A stretch of 33,533 bases of DNA from positions 1-33,533 of the forward strand of contig LWCA01000298.1 of the NCBI GenBank assembly GCA_001642005.1, in the 5' to 3' direction. Positions 1 to 13,067 of this stretch are shown here, one piece after another. The position numbers and the translations under genes were made by a program. Each line of letters opens with the position of its first letter. Positions within the stretch are counted from its first letter, which is position 1. The notes below the pieces were generated by a model, which saw only the letters and a list, made by a program, of their open reading frames with translations, was not told the DNA's origin and ran no database searches. The stretch is from Intoshia linei. Taxonomy: Eukaryota > Animalia > Orthonectida.

Positions 1-2049
1 ATAAAATTAGCATTATCATCGAATTTTTAGTGCTATAAAATGTCGACTCTAGTATACTACTTAATTAAAATATTCGTTATGTTATATGTACAATTATTAT
101 ATATTTGGTATTTACTTAATGCATTGTACTATGAGTGGTACTCATTGAGAAATATCAACATTAATTACTCATAGGGATAAAATTTTTGGGTAAGAAATTA
201 TTTAGTATAGTCAAATTTCCAATATTTTAAATTATTTTTCAAAAGAAAAAAAGAATTTAGGATTCCTCTTCCTAGTATTATAATTATTATTGTTAATAAT
301 GGAATGAGTAATCGTGAATAAAATAAATGGCGAATTAGATTGAATAATTATACTTTTTTATCCATATTTAAATTTGTAAAATACCTTTGTTCGTCCAATA
401 CGGAGTATTTAAATATACATGTAGTAGTATAAACCCAAATAATATTGCTAATAGAATCCCTGTATATCCCAATGTATGGATCAACATTCTAATCATAATA
501 AAATAAAAATAAAAACTTACGCTTAATGGGAAATCTCTATAAACAATTTGATATGTATGCACATTTTCCACGCGTAATCTATGACGTTAACATATTTTAT
601 TATGAAAATATTTACTTGTATTCATTCTGTCTAAAAATGTGATATTTCGTTAAAATGACATTTGAATTTTCATCGTCCCCTTCATTTTGTGTTCTGAATT
701 ATACATTGTCATATTCATATGTACTATAAAACCTCCACAATCGTTTCTCAAAAGACCCCGATTTTTGCAACTCATATACATGAATTTCTAACTCTAAAAA
801 ATGAATCATAGTATTTAGTTTTACCTGTAATCCAAACAAAATATTTGAATGGTTCAGCATAATGATTATGATAGACATAAAGATGTTTTCCGGTTGGATT
901 ATCCAATTCGAACAACTTAACTGGAAAGAATTAAAATTTTTATATTTAGTATTACTCATTTTTTTACTATCTTCGTTGAAAGCAGATTTGGAATAAGGGA
1001 ATGAATTATTCAACATAGAACCAAAAAATTGACATAGGACGCTAAAAATGATACATTAAAAAATGACGTACATACGTATCCATTGCAAAAATTATTGTAA
1101 ATGTTGTATTGTTGAAATTGCTAAATACCATACCACATATAACTGCTTCGTTGGAGAAATTATAAACCTAAATATAAAATGAAATTGAGAATTAAGGATG
1201 ATATAGTTATCATTTTAATTACTTTATCTATTATATATGTATATTTAGATGTATGTTTTTTGTTTTTAACAGGCTTTATATGAATTTCTTTGATCGTTTC
1301 TAAAATACTTGAATATTCATTTATTCTAAATCAAATACCTTCCTTATCAACATCGGTAATGGATAAAAGAGCATGAGCATTGTTTTCAAAATACGTATAA
1401 TCTTTATTCATTAATTTATCAAAAATCATCCATGTCACATAGTTGATGTTGATATTCTATATACTTTTTATTGAAAAAATATTAATATTAGTATTGATAG
1501 GTGAAATAATTTTAAAACTAAGTACACAGTAATTAAACTAAATTTTAACGCAAATATTACTTCTAACAATGGAGCTATGATATCACTATCAAAGTGGAGA
1601 TAGTCCAAATTTCCTCGATTTGAAATAATGAGCAGGTGATATCCATTTGGGTGTAAAAAAATATTTTTAATCAGAACAGAGAAATCAGTTGTATAATTTA
1701 TAACTTTGAATTTTTAAATTTTTTTAAAGTATATACTTGTCTGGGATGTTGGATTGGTTAAACGAAAACGAATGATTCTTTGATGGTTTATTATAATAAC
1801 AATGTGTCCTGAGGATACAGCCAAATTTGTAATTTCACCATCGGGTCTAAAATGGCATTTAAATATGTGTCAATATGGAGAATATACTTATATTTAATTT
1901 GTTTTCTTTTAAAAATTGGTTTTTCATCCTCTTTGGACACTTGAATACAAAACTAAGTTAAAAATTCAATAGTAAAAATTGGATAACAATAAATTCGAAA
2001 TTCCACTCAAAATACAAAAATTAAGTATTACATTGTTTTCTACATCCAT
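1..2049 (-). CDS. VPS18: Vacuolar protein sorting 18 (HOPS/CORVET subunit, Pep3/deep orange); multi-exon, 3' part continues beyond the left edge
   Basis: ATG at 2049. Spliced translation gives 'EDEKPIFKRKQIKYKPDGEITNLAVSSGHIV...IKNIFLHPNGYHLLIIS' and later 'RDSISNIIWVYTTTCIFKYSVLDEQR', resembling the VPS18 beta-propeller motifs recalled from the human protein (EVPIFTKQRIDF.P...ITSLVVSS; KMFLDHTGSHLLI; LWAYTERAVFRYHVQRE). Interrupted by short GT-AG introns; track ORF 699..1016 is part of it. Confidence 0.85.
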
Positions 2050-2218
2050 TTAGGTAAATAAGGATTTATTGTAGTTACTAACGATTGAATGTTGTAAAAT
2101 TAAGTTTTCAATTTCAAAATGAGTCGTAATGTATACTTTAAGACGCATAAATTACGCTTGAGATATTTCCAGTGGCCTTTTTTAGGCGTCTGATTAGTAT
2201 GAACTTTATGCTATAAAA

Positions 2219-2715
2219 CAGGGATTCCCAACCTGTAGATCGCGATCGACTGGTCATTCTTGGATGATTTTCTAGGCGATCGCCATAATTAAAAAATTCG
2301 AATTAATTTTAATAATACTCGTTTTAATGATTTCTACTCATTATTAATCAAAAAAATTAATTAATTGACAATTTATTTTTAATAATGTTTAACCAAAATA
2401 TCAGAATTATTTACTGTGGATAAGGAGAAATGGAATTAGAAATATTATCATTGAGAGCTAATATTTATTTAAGACCTCGAGCTTCAGAAGCTGATTTTTG
2501 GAAATACGAAAATTTAAAAAAATGTATTGAAATATGTGAATTCTTGTTTCGGTTCAACATATCTATATGAATCGGCTTTTTCCTATATGAACATAATCAA
2601 ATCCAAAAATAGATATGTTGACGGATTCACATATAACTGCTTCATTAAAGTTATCATTGACAAGCTATGCATCAGATTTTGGAAAAATAGCTAATGAAAT
2701 GCAATCTTAGTCATG
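2219..2715 (+). mobile_element. Internally deleted hAT (Charlie/Buster-type) transposon remnant
   Basis: Left end CAGGGATTCCCAACCT at 2219, preceded by an nnnTAnnn-type 8-mer (ctataaaa). About 2542-2613 translates to SCFGSTYLYESAFSYMNIIKSKNR, the C-terminal dimerization motif of GTF2IRD2/EPM2AIP1-like hAT transposases, with frameshifts on either side. No right TIR found. Confidence 0.75.
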
Positions 2716-3803
2716 TAATTAATTATTTACAAATAATAATAATTTGTATTAACAAATAAATAATAGTACAATTAATATTTAATTTAATTAAATAATATGT
2801 AAATTAATGTATATATTATTGTTGTTATTAAAATTGTTACAATTATATGTATATTGTTAAAAAGTAGTTCATTATATGTAAAGTGGGTACTAGAACGTTA
2901 CTTACTTAATCCCTTCTTGCAATATTATTAAATTATATACAGTCAAACTTGCTACATTAAATTATAATATTTGGATTAGTTTTAAACGGCATTGATTAAA
3001 ATCAATTAAATGAAAATAATGGTCTTAAATGGTAAAATCACAATATTTATACAAAGTACAAAGAAGGTAAAATTTGTAGGGCTTAAACATACAATTTAAT
3101 GTATAACAGTTTAAACACCCTCACCTCAAATTTAGTAGTTTCATCTATATATATTTTTATAGGTTAGGTTCAAAACATACCCAGTTGTGAATTTTGAAAC
3201 TATATTTTAGCTTCGAACCGAATAGGTTTGTTTTGTATAGTTTGTTTACATTCATTCCTCCAAAAATATTCTACTACAGCTGCATCATTCAAATATTTTA
3301 AAATGTTATACAATTTTTCATAAATTTCTTTGATTATATAATCTTAATTAATTTAATATAATCTGAAATACTTATCTGCAATATCAACGTTTAATTTGTA
3401 GTTGGAATGTTATGATTTTATTGAATCTATTAACATTATTTATTGTAAATTACTGTAAATATCATTTAATCATATCGTAATATTTAATGTAAATTAATAT
3501 AACATTAGGAAACAAAAAATAATGTCAATTGTAGAACTTTACCAATAAACTAGAAATGTTAATTACAATTATTTTTCTAAAAATATATATTATATGTGAG
3601 GTTGTAAAGGTATTTTTCGTATTTAAAATTTTAATAAATATTATTTATATATTTTTCTGCAAATAATGGCATGAACCTTAGTAAACTACTATTATTTCTC
3701 ACTGTATATATAATAATTAAATGTTTGTTGATTCTAGCAATGAATAGAAATAGTTCAGTTTTTAATAACATTAAATTTCCATAATTACTGATAAACACCA
3801 TTA

Positions 3804-6581
3804 ATGGACAATGTCGATGTTAACTTAGTTAAAAGGTAATGAATACATAATTTAAAAAAATATATTTTAGAAAAATTATTCAAGGAAACGTCGATGTTCA
3901 TCCCATAAAAGTAGCTTTAATTGTTCACTATAGAGTAGAAGCAGTAATTTTCGACATTGAAGATAATCCAGTATTGGGTGAAACTCGGGACCTTGAACAA
4001 ATGTTATTTTAAAAATACCTTAATAAAGTATAATTAGTATTTATCTGGAAAAATTTTCAAAAAATACAAATATATCATATGCAGCTGCGTCCATCATTGA
4101 TGCATGTCATTTGATTGATGCTGCCAAGATTGGACACGTAGAACAATTACTATACTACTTACAAAATCGATTAGCAAGTATAGGAGAAAATATAGGTATT
4201 TTGGTTTATATTTTATTCTACATTATCCAGACAATTTATCTGAAAGTGCAAATAAAAAAACTCTAAAAAAAATAAAAATGAACGATTTTGGTAATTCAAT
4301 TGAAACAGCACACCTCGACAATATTGAGACTTACGTCGAAATGCTCTATGAAGGAATAAAGGATAAAATTAAAGGAACCTCATTTATATTGCAATTGGCT
4401 AGAAATCCAGATAACCTCGAAGAGATAATGAAAAATGGTAACGTTCAAACATTAAACTCGTTTAAATTACAATGTTTATGTTCTGTAGAGAGGCTTATTG
4501 GAGCTTTGGTAAGAGTAATGAAAGAGAATTGGAAAAAATCTTTGGACTTGGCCATCAATGCAAGTTACACCTTTTTTTGTTTTTCTACGTTTAGTGACTT
4601 TCATCCAATTATAAAACATTTCAAGGTAAGATTTATTTTAATTAATTATATAGATTTAGATTGGATCATTATGTTTAAACGTAATTGAGTCTGTTTTACC
4701 TGAATACGAAAAACTTTTACACGAATTCTTGACTACTAAATGTATTTTTAAAATATATTTATATAAAAAATAGACTCAAAAAAGTCCAGCTTATCAAAGA
4801 AAGGCATTGATAAACGCAACGAATTAAAAGTTAAATATGACAATTTATTTAGAGGTGATACAATTTGTATAACTCTACTGCAACTATTTAGTCCTGTTTT
4901 ATTTGACGATAAATTTGGCAGAAGACAAGATAATAGAACAAAAAATGGTGAAAAAATCAATCATAGAAGTGTTAATAAGATCATTGATTAACACCAATAC
5001 GGAACTACTAATATTGATAGTGTCATTTTTAAAAAAGTTGAGTATTTATGTGGAAAATAAAAATGAAATGGTATGTATATTTGTGTATTTTCAAAATATT
5101 ATTTAATAGAAACGATTAAACATCGTACAAAAACTTTTACCTGTTTTTCTTTTCAATAACGAAGATTTACAAGAAATATTATTATGTTTGGTGTTTAATT
5201 TATCATTCGACAAAGATCTGAGAAGGTAAATAATAGTGATTACTATATAATATATGCAGATGTATGAAAAAATATGGATATTTTCGAACTATTTCACAAA
5301 ATATAAGTTAGTAATATGAAATCAAAATTAAATTAAAATAGAACACGAAAATCTTGGACCAATAACAATTTATATATTGTACCACTTTAGTATGGACGAT
5401 GAAAATAAAAATCTATTTACTGAACCACATTTAATTTCATTTGTAATTTACCATTTTCTATAAATGATTTAATCCAATTTAGATGATGCAAAAATTATTA
5501 ATGAAAGCGCAACAACCAAATATAGTTATTTTGGCATTAGCTATCAATGTGACCCAATCTGAAAAATGTTCAAAAGTAATCTGTAAAGGGTTTGGGTTAA
5601 AATTGTTAATAAGAAGAGCATTTAAATCTGAAAATACTCTTTTATTGAAAATGATAAGGAACATATCCAACCACAAAGATTTGAAATCACAATTTTTAGT
5701 AAAAATAAAAATCAAATTGACAAATTAAAAATTTAGGATTATATTGAAGACATTGTGGATTTTATTATGAAACGTGATGTTTCCGAAGATTTTTTAATAG
5801 AATGTGTGGGTATTATGGCAAATTTGAATCTACCTGATATTGACTATCGCCTAATAGTGGAGGAGTATAATATGATCGATTGGATCCAAAAACACCTGAT
5901 ACCAGGTAAAACTTTTTTATCATTCTTTTTATAATTTAGATGCTTACCCGGACGACTTTTTGTTGGAAGTGATTATTTTAATAGGAACAGTATGCAATGA
6001 TGATCCTTGCGCAGTGTTAATTTCGGAAGGCAAAATTGTGCAACATTTAATTCAACTTTTGCATGGTAACTTTTTTAATTAAATCAGTTACTTTCCCAGC
6101 ACGACAGGATGATGATGAAATTGTTTGTCAAATAGTTTACGTTTTGCACCAACTTATATACCACAAATCTACACGAAACGAAATAATTAAAAATACAGGT
6201 ATTTGTAATATAAGAATAATTTAATAAAAAGATGCCCCAATATATCTATTGGATCTGATGAATGACAAAAACGTTAAAATACGAAATTTGTGTAGCTCCA
6301 CTCTTGCTATCATTGCGGTGAGTTTTTATTTAATTAATATTATTATAAACAGCAACACGACAATACATGGACATCGAGAATTTGTATGGAAAGATTCAGA
6401 TGGCACAATTCCCAATGGTTGTCGATGATGGAAAACGATTCACAAAACAGTATATATGAAAGTAATTTGATGACAGAAATGCCGTGCGATCCAACCCAAT
6501 ATCATCAAATGCGTACATCTATTAATATTTCAATTACAACAAAGTTTAGATTACGATACTGAAAACGATCCATTTTTATAA
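3804..6581 (+). CDS. KIFAP3: Kinesin-associated protein 3 (non-motor subunit of heterotrimeric kinesin-2, armadillo repeats)
   Basis: 18 exons join in frame. Introns: 3836-3870, 4003-4037, 4196-4230, 4438-4488, 4626-4659, 4742-4773, 4855-4891, 5071-5109, 5226-5259, 5307-5341, 5443-5482, 5699-5736, 5906-5939, 6066-6099, 6199-6231, 6318-6352, 6513-6549. Conserved KAP3 motifs: GNVDVHP, VEQLLYYLQNR, YVEMLYE, ILQLARNPDNLEE, FFCFSTFS, FLKKLSI, QDDDEIVCQIVY, YLLDLMNDKN, RFRWHNSQWL. The last intron/exon is the least certain. Confidence 0.97.
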
Positions 6582-6698
6582 ATTAAATGTTATAAATAAG
6601 ATTCAAATGTACGAAAAATGTCATTTATTATGATTTTAAACAGTAGAGATGAACGATGAAGTGTAAATAGAAATACATTGAAACAATAAATATTTACT

Positions 6699-8974
6699 TT
6701 ATGCATTATTTTGCATATTATTGTAATACTTCAAAATATATTTTGATTTGGTGGCATATATATGCCAAGCTAATTTAGCATGCATAATGTTCCAATGCGA
6801 ATTCTATTAATAATTTAGTAATGAAATAAAAATAAAATACGTTAAATGTTCTATTTACATTGACATTCTCCAAATGCTTCAAATAAGGTGTGAATCCGGT
6901 ACTTGGCTAAAACAAAGTAAAAATGTGTAAAAACATAAATTACATGACTAGGAACGAGATTATTTGGATAAGCCATTTGGGAAGGATTTTTCAATGATTG
7001 GATATAATTAAAAATAAGCATTTCCTTTGATTTATCATTTATTGGAGTAGGTCTACCCCGCAGCGTTCCAAGCATATTTAACATTTCAAGAGAACCAATA
7101 TTGGTAATATTTGATAGTTCATTACTTCCGGAAGAACCGCTATTTACATTTGGTTGTAAATTTTTGGGCATAAACGGATTGTATGCATTCGGTTTTTTGG
7201 TAGAATCAATGTTGGGTGGGATACTTGTTGGACGTATAGTGGGAAAATAATTGGGCTGACCGGGGAATAAATTTTTTGGTAGAGTAGACTGAAAATTTTG
7301 ATCTTTAATACTTTCAAATTTCTTAACATTTGATGCATTTTGAGATAGAAAAATATTTCGATTGAAATAATTATTTTTATATGCATCCAACTCATTTAAT
7401 CTTGGGTTATTATACATTTGTTCCAAATTGCTTGGATTAAATAGAGGGTTGTTAATATTTTGGTGAGGTGGATTAAATCTACTCAAATCCGTCAATGGTA
7501 AATTAACATTTGAGGAAAATTGGTTACCCAAACCCACAGGCAATTCGTTTGATTTCATATACTGTAACAAGTTATTGTTAGGAAATCGGGGATTTGATGA
7601 TAAAAAACTCTTTTGCATAAAGTAATTACCGTAATCTTGAAATAATTTCGTACCATAATTTGGCACAAAGGAATTATTATCGGTCTTATTTAAACTGTTG
7701 AGATATGCTAATTGGTGGTTGAGGTTGTTAATGTGAGTTCGACTCACGTCCAATTTTGAATTGGAATGGGCAAAAATATTGTTCAAATGTGTTGATGGTG
7801 GATTCTGGGTTTCAATGTGGTTTGCAATATTCAATGGAGCTATTCTAGAACTCGGCTTATTTATATCAATATTGTGCATTTTAGATTTTATTTTGGAATC
7901 TACAAAAGACTGTGATAAAGAATTTAGATAGTTCTGCATGGATGGATTGAAATTACTTTCTGTCGGAAATGACGTAACAATATTCAAATTTTTATCTGGC
8001 TTTGGAACACACCTTTGAACATTTTTAATTTTCCCCATCTTGACATGCTCCTTTCGACCTGCGGACAAAACTGGTGTAACCATTGCTACGCTATCAGGTA
8101 ATACTACTTTTGGTGTACTGAAATCGAGGGACGTGACTTCTGCGTTAGATGTTGAATTTGAAATAAGAGAAACTTTCGGAAATGAATTCAGTGTGAATGC
8201 ATGCTTTTCTGATTGAATTTCTTCGTCTATTTCATTTTGTTTACAATGCTTTAATGAATAAAGAGAACTGTAAGATTCAATTATGTACCCATCAATATTT
8301 ACTATTTCAAAATCTGGTTTACTTATTGACTCTTGTGTAGATTCAACATCATCGTTGATTGTAGGCGATTCAATTTTCTTTGATACAGCCTTTGGCTCAC
8401 TTTTTACTAAAATTTCATCTTCGATTTTATGGGTATTTTCAGAGTTATCGTCATTTTTAAATGTATCACACACAATTTCATCTTCTTTTTTAAACTGGAA
8501 GTGACTGCCGAATTCATCTGAAACGTCTTCAGGTGTATCTATACGTTCGTTTTCTTGCATGGGTTCTGTTTCGGCTTTGATCAATTTTTGTTTTGTAGCA
8601 AACTCTTCATTATTTAATTCGTCTATGTTTTTAGCACTATTTTTTCTTTTTCTCTTCATTTCTACATCTTTACATTTATATTCAATAGTATCTACTGGAT
8701 TATCCTCATTTTTAGAAATGTTCTTGATATTAACAAAATTGCTTAAAGTATTAAGCGTATCCAAATCAACAGAATCAACTACATTTAACGATTTGTTACA
8801 ATTATCATTTGGTGTGCAAGTTGTATCAATTGTTGTGTAGTTTGTATTTATCCCTGGAATATTTTCATTTGAAATATATTCATTTGATATTTTAAAATTT
8901 TCATCAGGTACTTCAGTCTTTTTTGAAGCTAACGAGACATTTTTATCCAAATTATTTACTGTATCTTTATCCAT
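6699..8974 (-). CDS. AUTS2/FBRSL1/Tay-bridge family nuclear protein (~727 aa, mostly low complexity)
   Basis: Exons 8974-6944, 6906-6859 and 6803-6699 (introns of 37 and 55 nt, all phase 0). The last exon encodes HWNIMHAKLAWHIY, matching the family hallmark KWCAMHVxIAWQIY. Exon 1 has 'VNIDGYIIESYSSLYSLK', resembling the N-terminal DIIDGFAxxSFxxxEAL motif, plus a basic NLS-like KRKRK. Confidence 0.8.
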
Positions 8975-9375
8975 GGATAATAACAGATTTATTGATTAAG
9001 TTTACACGATATAGATGTTTTTTAAATCAAAAAATTTTAAAATAGAAACAAAACGACATATAAAATAACTATTTACAAACCACGTTTTAATTATTTGAAA
9101 AAACTAAGTAAATACAATGGTAATAAAGTAAATAGAGAATGTTTATCTGTAAAGGTTGTAATTTATTGTAAAAAAAACTAAATTTTTCAATATTAATTAA
9201 CGATAATTATAATTGAAGTAAATAATCTTTTCAACTTATTTGATGCCTTCCTCTATAATTATCATATTTTAGTAATTTTGTAAATGTTATGAAGGTTCGT
9301 GCCTTTATGAAAATATTAAATTTCACAATTTAAATAACTCATAACGAAATTTTTCATTTAATTGTACTCTTTTTG

Positions 9376-9639
9376 CAGAACCGAACCTACCAAGCTCATG
9401 GCCCCAAAAATGAAAATGGGCCCTAAAAAAATTTGCAAACGATTTTTAGTTTCATATAACCCTAGCCACTTATCCAAAGTTCTTGACTTGATATTCTAAA
9501 TTTAACACAGAAAATAGTTATCATATTCAAGAGCATAATTTTTTAATGCCTAATTTGGAAAAAATAAGCCTCTATTTCAAAATTTTCCCCGATACCCTCC
9601 ATTTACAGTAGGTTTCGGTTATGGTAGGGTTGGGCACTG
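9376..9639. mobile_element. Degenerate hAT-like MITE (~264 bp)
   Basis: Left end CAGAACCGAACCTACCA; reverse complement of the right end is CAGTGCCCAACCCTACCA. Flanking 8-mers tctttttg / ccttttcg (6/8) may be a decayed TSD. Confidence 0.55.
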
Positions 9640-11029
9640 CCTTTTCGCTACAAACTCTGATGAATAGACAAATATACAGTGGTAACTCTCAAAATTGTCC
9701 AACTCTAGGAGTAGAAAACAATATGCAAAACGATGCCGTCATAAATAATATACAGTTTTTATAATTGTGATCGTAAAAACCAAGTCAACATTCATTAGCA
9801 ATAGAAAAATAGTATCTAAAACTCCGAAGGTGATGAGAAATCAGGTGAAATCGACGAAGAGGACGAAAAATTGAAAATGAATAAAAAGTGCATTCTTTGT
9901 TTGTTGTTGAAATGTGCTCGGAACTGTCGTAAGTGAAAACCTGTTTTAAATGAAACATCTCGCTTTCACCAAAGTATAATGATGGTTTTACGGTGAGCGG
10001 ATATCAGTTTGATTTCTTCTAGTGCACTGTGGTGTAACATAAACGCTTCTGTTATGAAACCTAAAAAATCAATCGAAAAGAAAACATACGATTAAATCGA
10101 CAATTAATCAGCTGGCTGGTTTTGATAATTTGACAATTGACAATCAAGACTATGGATCTAAATTGTCAATTTAAATTTCTTTTGTGATACCCAAGGTACA
10201 ATCAGTGCCAGATCTAGGATTTTCAGTCAGGGGGCAAAATAATTATTAGGCGGCCAAACTCATATAATGTACAGTCTCCAATTTTGGAATGTGCGGCCCG
10301 CGTTGTGATATACATTTTTATTTTTATAACAATGTTTTACACATATTTCTTTTTTTTCAGTTTTTTCATATATTTTTCATGATTCATTTATGGATGATTA
10401 CAACTTTAACATTATTTGTACACTTACAATTATAATAATGTATTTCATTATTATTGTTTCTGATTTTATTTTATTAAATATTAAAACTGTTAGTTTTAAC
10501 ATGTTTTGAGTAAAGATTTTTTTGTGTGTACCGCGTAATAATTTTATTTTCTAATAAACAATGAAATCACTATGATTTGTACGCTGTGATAAATTTTAAA
10601 AGTCATCTATCATAAATTTTATGTTCATTCAACATTGTTCAATACATTGGATAAAAAATAACAATTCTGGGTATTTTTTGTTATATCATTATGTTATTGT
10701 ATTTTAAACTAATTAGTCATCAAATTTGATGATTAAGTAAAACTTAAAATTAAATTATATTTTGAAAATTAATTGATGACATCAATGAAACCGTGGTCTG
10801 TTGATTACTATAAAGTATTCCATAAATTATTCATTTGAGTACAAAATTGATTACTTACTTAAAATTATGCAATAGACGTGATAAAATGATGTGGTTATAT
10901 TAAATTTGACTAATTTGAAATGCATTCATTAGAACGTCATAAATTAATACTCTATCTTTTATCATAATACACTGTAATTTACAAATACATATGGATTTAA
11001 ATTTTTAAAATAAATCAATTGAACAAAAT

Positions 11030-11261
11030 GAACTCAAGTTAGAGGAAATTAATGATTTTGACCACCTGCTAGATTCTGATGAGTAACCTGAAGAAGATCC
11101 GGTATTTAAGTTTTTAAATAATGCGTCCTCGTTTCATCAGTGTACAAACTTTTAAAAAATTGAAATAACATCTTCTATGAAGAAGAGGCTCTAAACCGAA
11201 AATTGATGACATGGGAGCTTTCATTATATACCTATTTTGGCTCAAAACCGGTAAAAATTAA
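11030..11261 (+). pseudogene. Possible PIF/Harbinger-ISL2EU transposase fragment (HTH_Tnp_4-like)
   Basis: 11181-11258 reads RRGSKPKIDDMGAFIIYLFWLKTGKN, resembling the RGxKxKLxxxDxLxxxLxWLKxG pattern upstream of DDE_Tnp_4 domains. Surrounded by stops; motif recall only. Confidence 0.3.
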
Positions 11262-11372
11262 ATGGGTTCTTAAAGGATAAATGAAATGTTAATACAAAAA
11301 TGGTGGGATAAAAGAAGGCGACCCACTATTTTATCTGGAAGATATTCATATATAGGGGTTGTAGTGGACAAT

Positions 11373-11752
11373 ACTATACCATTTCACTATCAATATGATA
11401 GTAATTACAACCGATTTGATAATAACTAAATTCAATGTGATAACATTTTGCAAGACGATAAAATAATCACAAGCAATGTGATAATAACAATTATCAATGT
11501 GATCATTGCTATATTCAAAGTGATAATCAAATTATTAAAGGTTTCTGGCATATTTTGACCAACAATTACAATGTAATTAACGGGAAACGTAATATGGTTG
11601 AATCGCTTTACGTATAATATATTTTTTTACGTTTAAGCCTTAAATTAATGTGTATATTTAAGAAAAATATTCGTATGTTATTCGCAGGTTCATTTAACCA
11701 TAATATAGTTTCGAAATAAAAATATAAATTCATTTTGAAAATTATCATATTA
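11373..11752 (+). repeat. Second copy of the left arm of the 21-bp-subrepeat element at 17253
   Basis: Aligns by eye with 17254-17636. Shared start actataccatttcac and long identical blocks such as gtatgttattcgcaggttcatttaaccataatatagtttcgaaataaaaatataaattcattttgaaaattatcatatta. Confidence 0.9.
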
Positions 11753-12428
11753 TATTAATAAAATTTCAAAAAAATAAANAAGTGAAAAACTCTCCTCGTA
11801 GATATAGTATATTAAATTTATATACTCATATAATTTTTAGTGTGTTTCATCAATATTTTTAATTTAGTTTTTATTCAGTAGAAATTGTTCTAAAAAATGG
11901 TCACTTTAAAAAAATTTAAATAAATTTAAATTTAAAATAATGTATAAGGAAGTTTTTAATTAATATAATAAAAAAAAGTTCATGAAACTTGTCACAATTT
12001 TAGGTATATGCAAGGACAGCTTAAAACTATACAGTATTTAGTATACAGTAGTCTTTGGTATATGCCATATTTATTTTCAACATTGAGTCAATACTATTCT
12101 ATGTAATTGGACAAAACTATATGACCCTAGCAAAAAAAAAGTTAACGTACATTTATCGGCCATAAAATTTGAAAATACTCTAAAATAAACCTGGAAAGAG
12201 TCTTTGGCATGTTGGCGCAGGAACGAAAAACGGAAATATCTAAATTATTATCAAATTTTAGGCCATAATTAAGTATTTAATATTTTTGATTCCTCTCTAT
12301 AGTTTAATCAAATATTTACCAAACTTTTTTTCCGCCCATTCTGCTATAAAAAATATTACCCACGATAAGAAAATTTTTTCCAATATTACCTATTAGTTTA
12401 GAATAGTAGGTCCCGTTATGAGTGGATC

Positions 12429-13067
12429 CAGGGGTTGCCACAGTAGGTGATATTGCCTCTCCCCCCAGAAAGCGATTAATTCAGTTAGGGAATATTTTCA
12501 GCTGGGGGCGATTATAAAAACATAAATAAAATTTTTTAATATATTTGAGTATAGTAAAATTGATGCGGTACCAAATTTAAAATATAGTTTTATGTCAATG
12601 TTCATTAATTGTTTCATTATAACATTTTAATTATTAAGTACACACATTTACAACACATATTATATTGAAACATTATAAAATAAAATATATATTCTATGTA
12701 CAAATGGTTTTATATTTTTTTTTGTACTTTATTTATAGACAATACAGTTTTGTTCAAACAATTTGTAAAGTGCAAAAACAAATATAAAAACACTGTATAC
12801 CAAAAAACGATTTTAGATGGATAGAGTGGAGCGTTGATGAATTTTTTGGTTGTAAGGGAATATTTTTATAGCAAGTTTGGGATCCACTGATATATTAAGT
12901 GGACAGTAATAAAAATTTTATTTTTTAATTATTAAATATCGACTTTGCACATAATGAGTAAATTTTGAAATATTTATACGTCGTAGTCGAAAAATTTTTT
13001 AGGGGGGCATTGAGAAAATATATTGCTAAAAAGGGGGCGGTAGGCAAAATGAATTTGGGAACCCCTG
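12429..13067. mobile_element. hAT (Charlie/Buster-type) MITE, 639 bp; same family as 30176-30622
   Basis: Ends CAGGGGTTGCCACAGT and aatttgggaacccctg. The interior is colinear with the 30176 copy (e.g. atagtaaaattgatgcggtaccaaatttaaaatatagtt). No matching TSD. Confidence 0.85.

Noticed and set aside
3836-6549. Equal-length introns as Introner transposon copies
   Set aside because: The introns share length and AT richness but no sequence similarity, TIRs or TSDs.
7144-8840. Track ORFs 7144..7395, 8283..8504 and 8559..8840
   Set aside because: Alternate-frame or antisense shadows of the AUTS2-like exon with no recognisable motifs.
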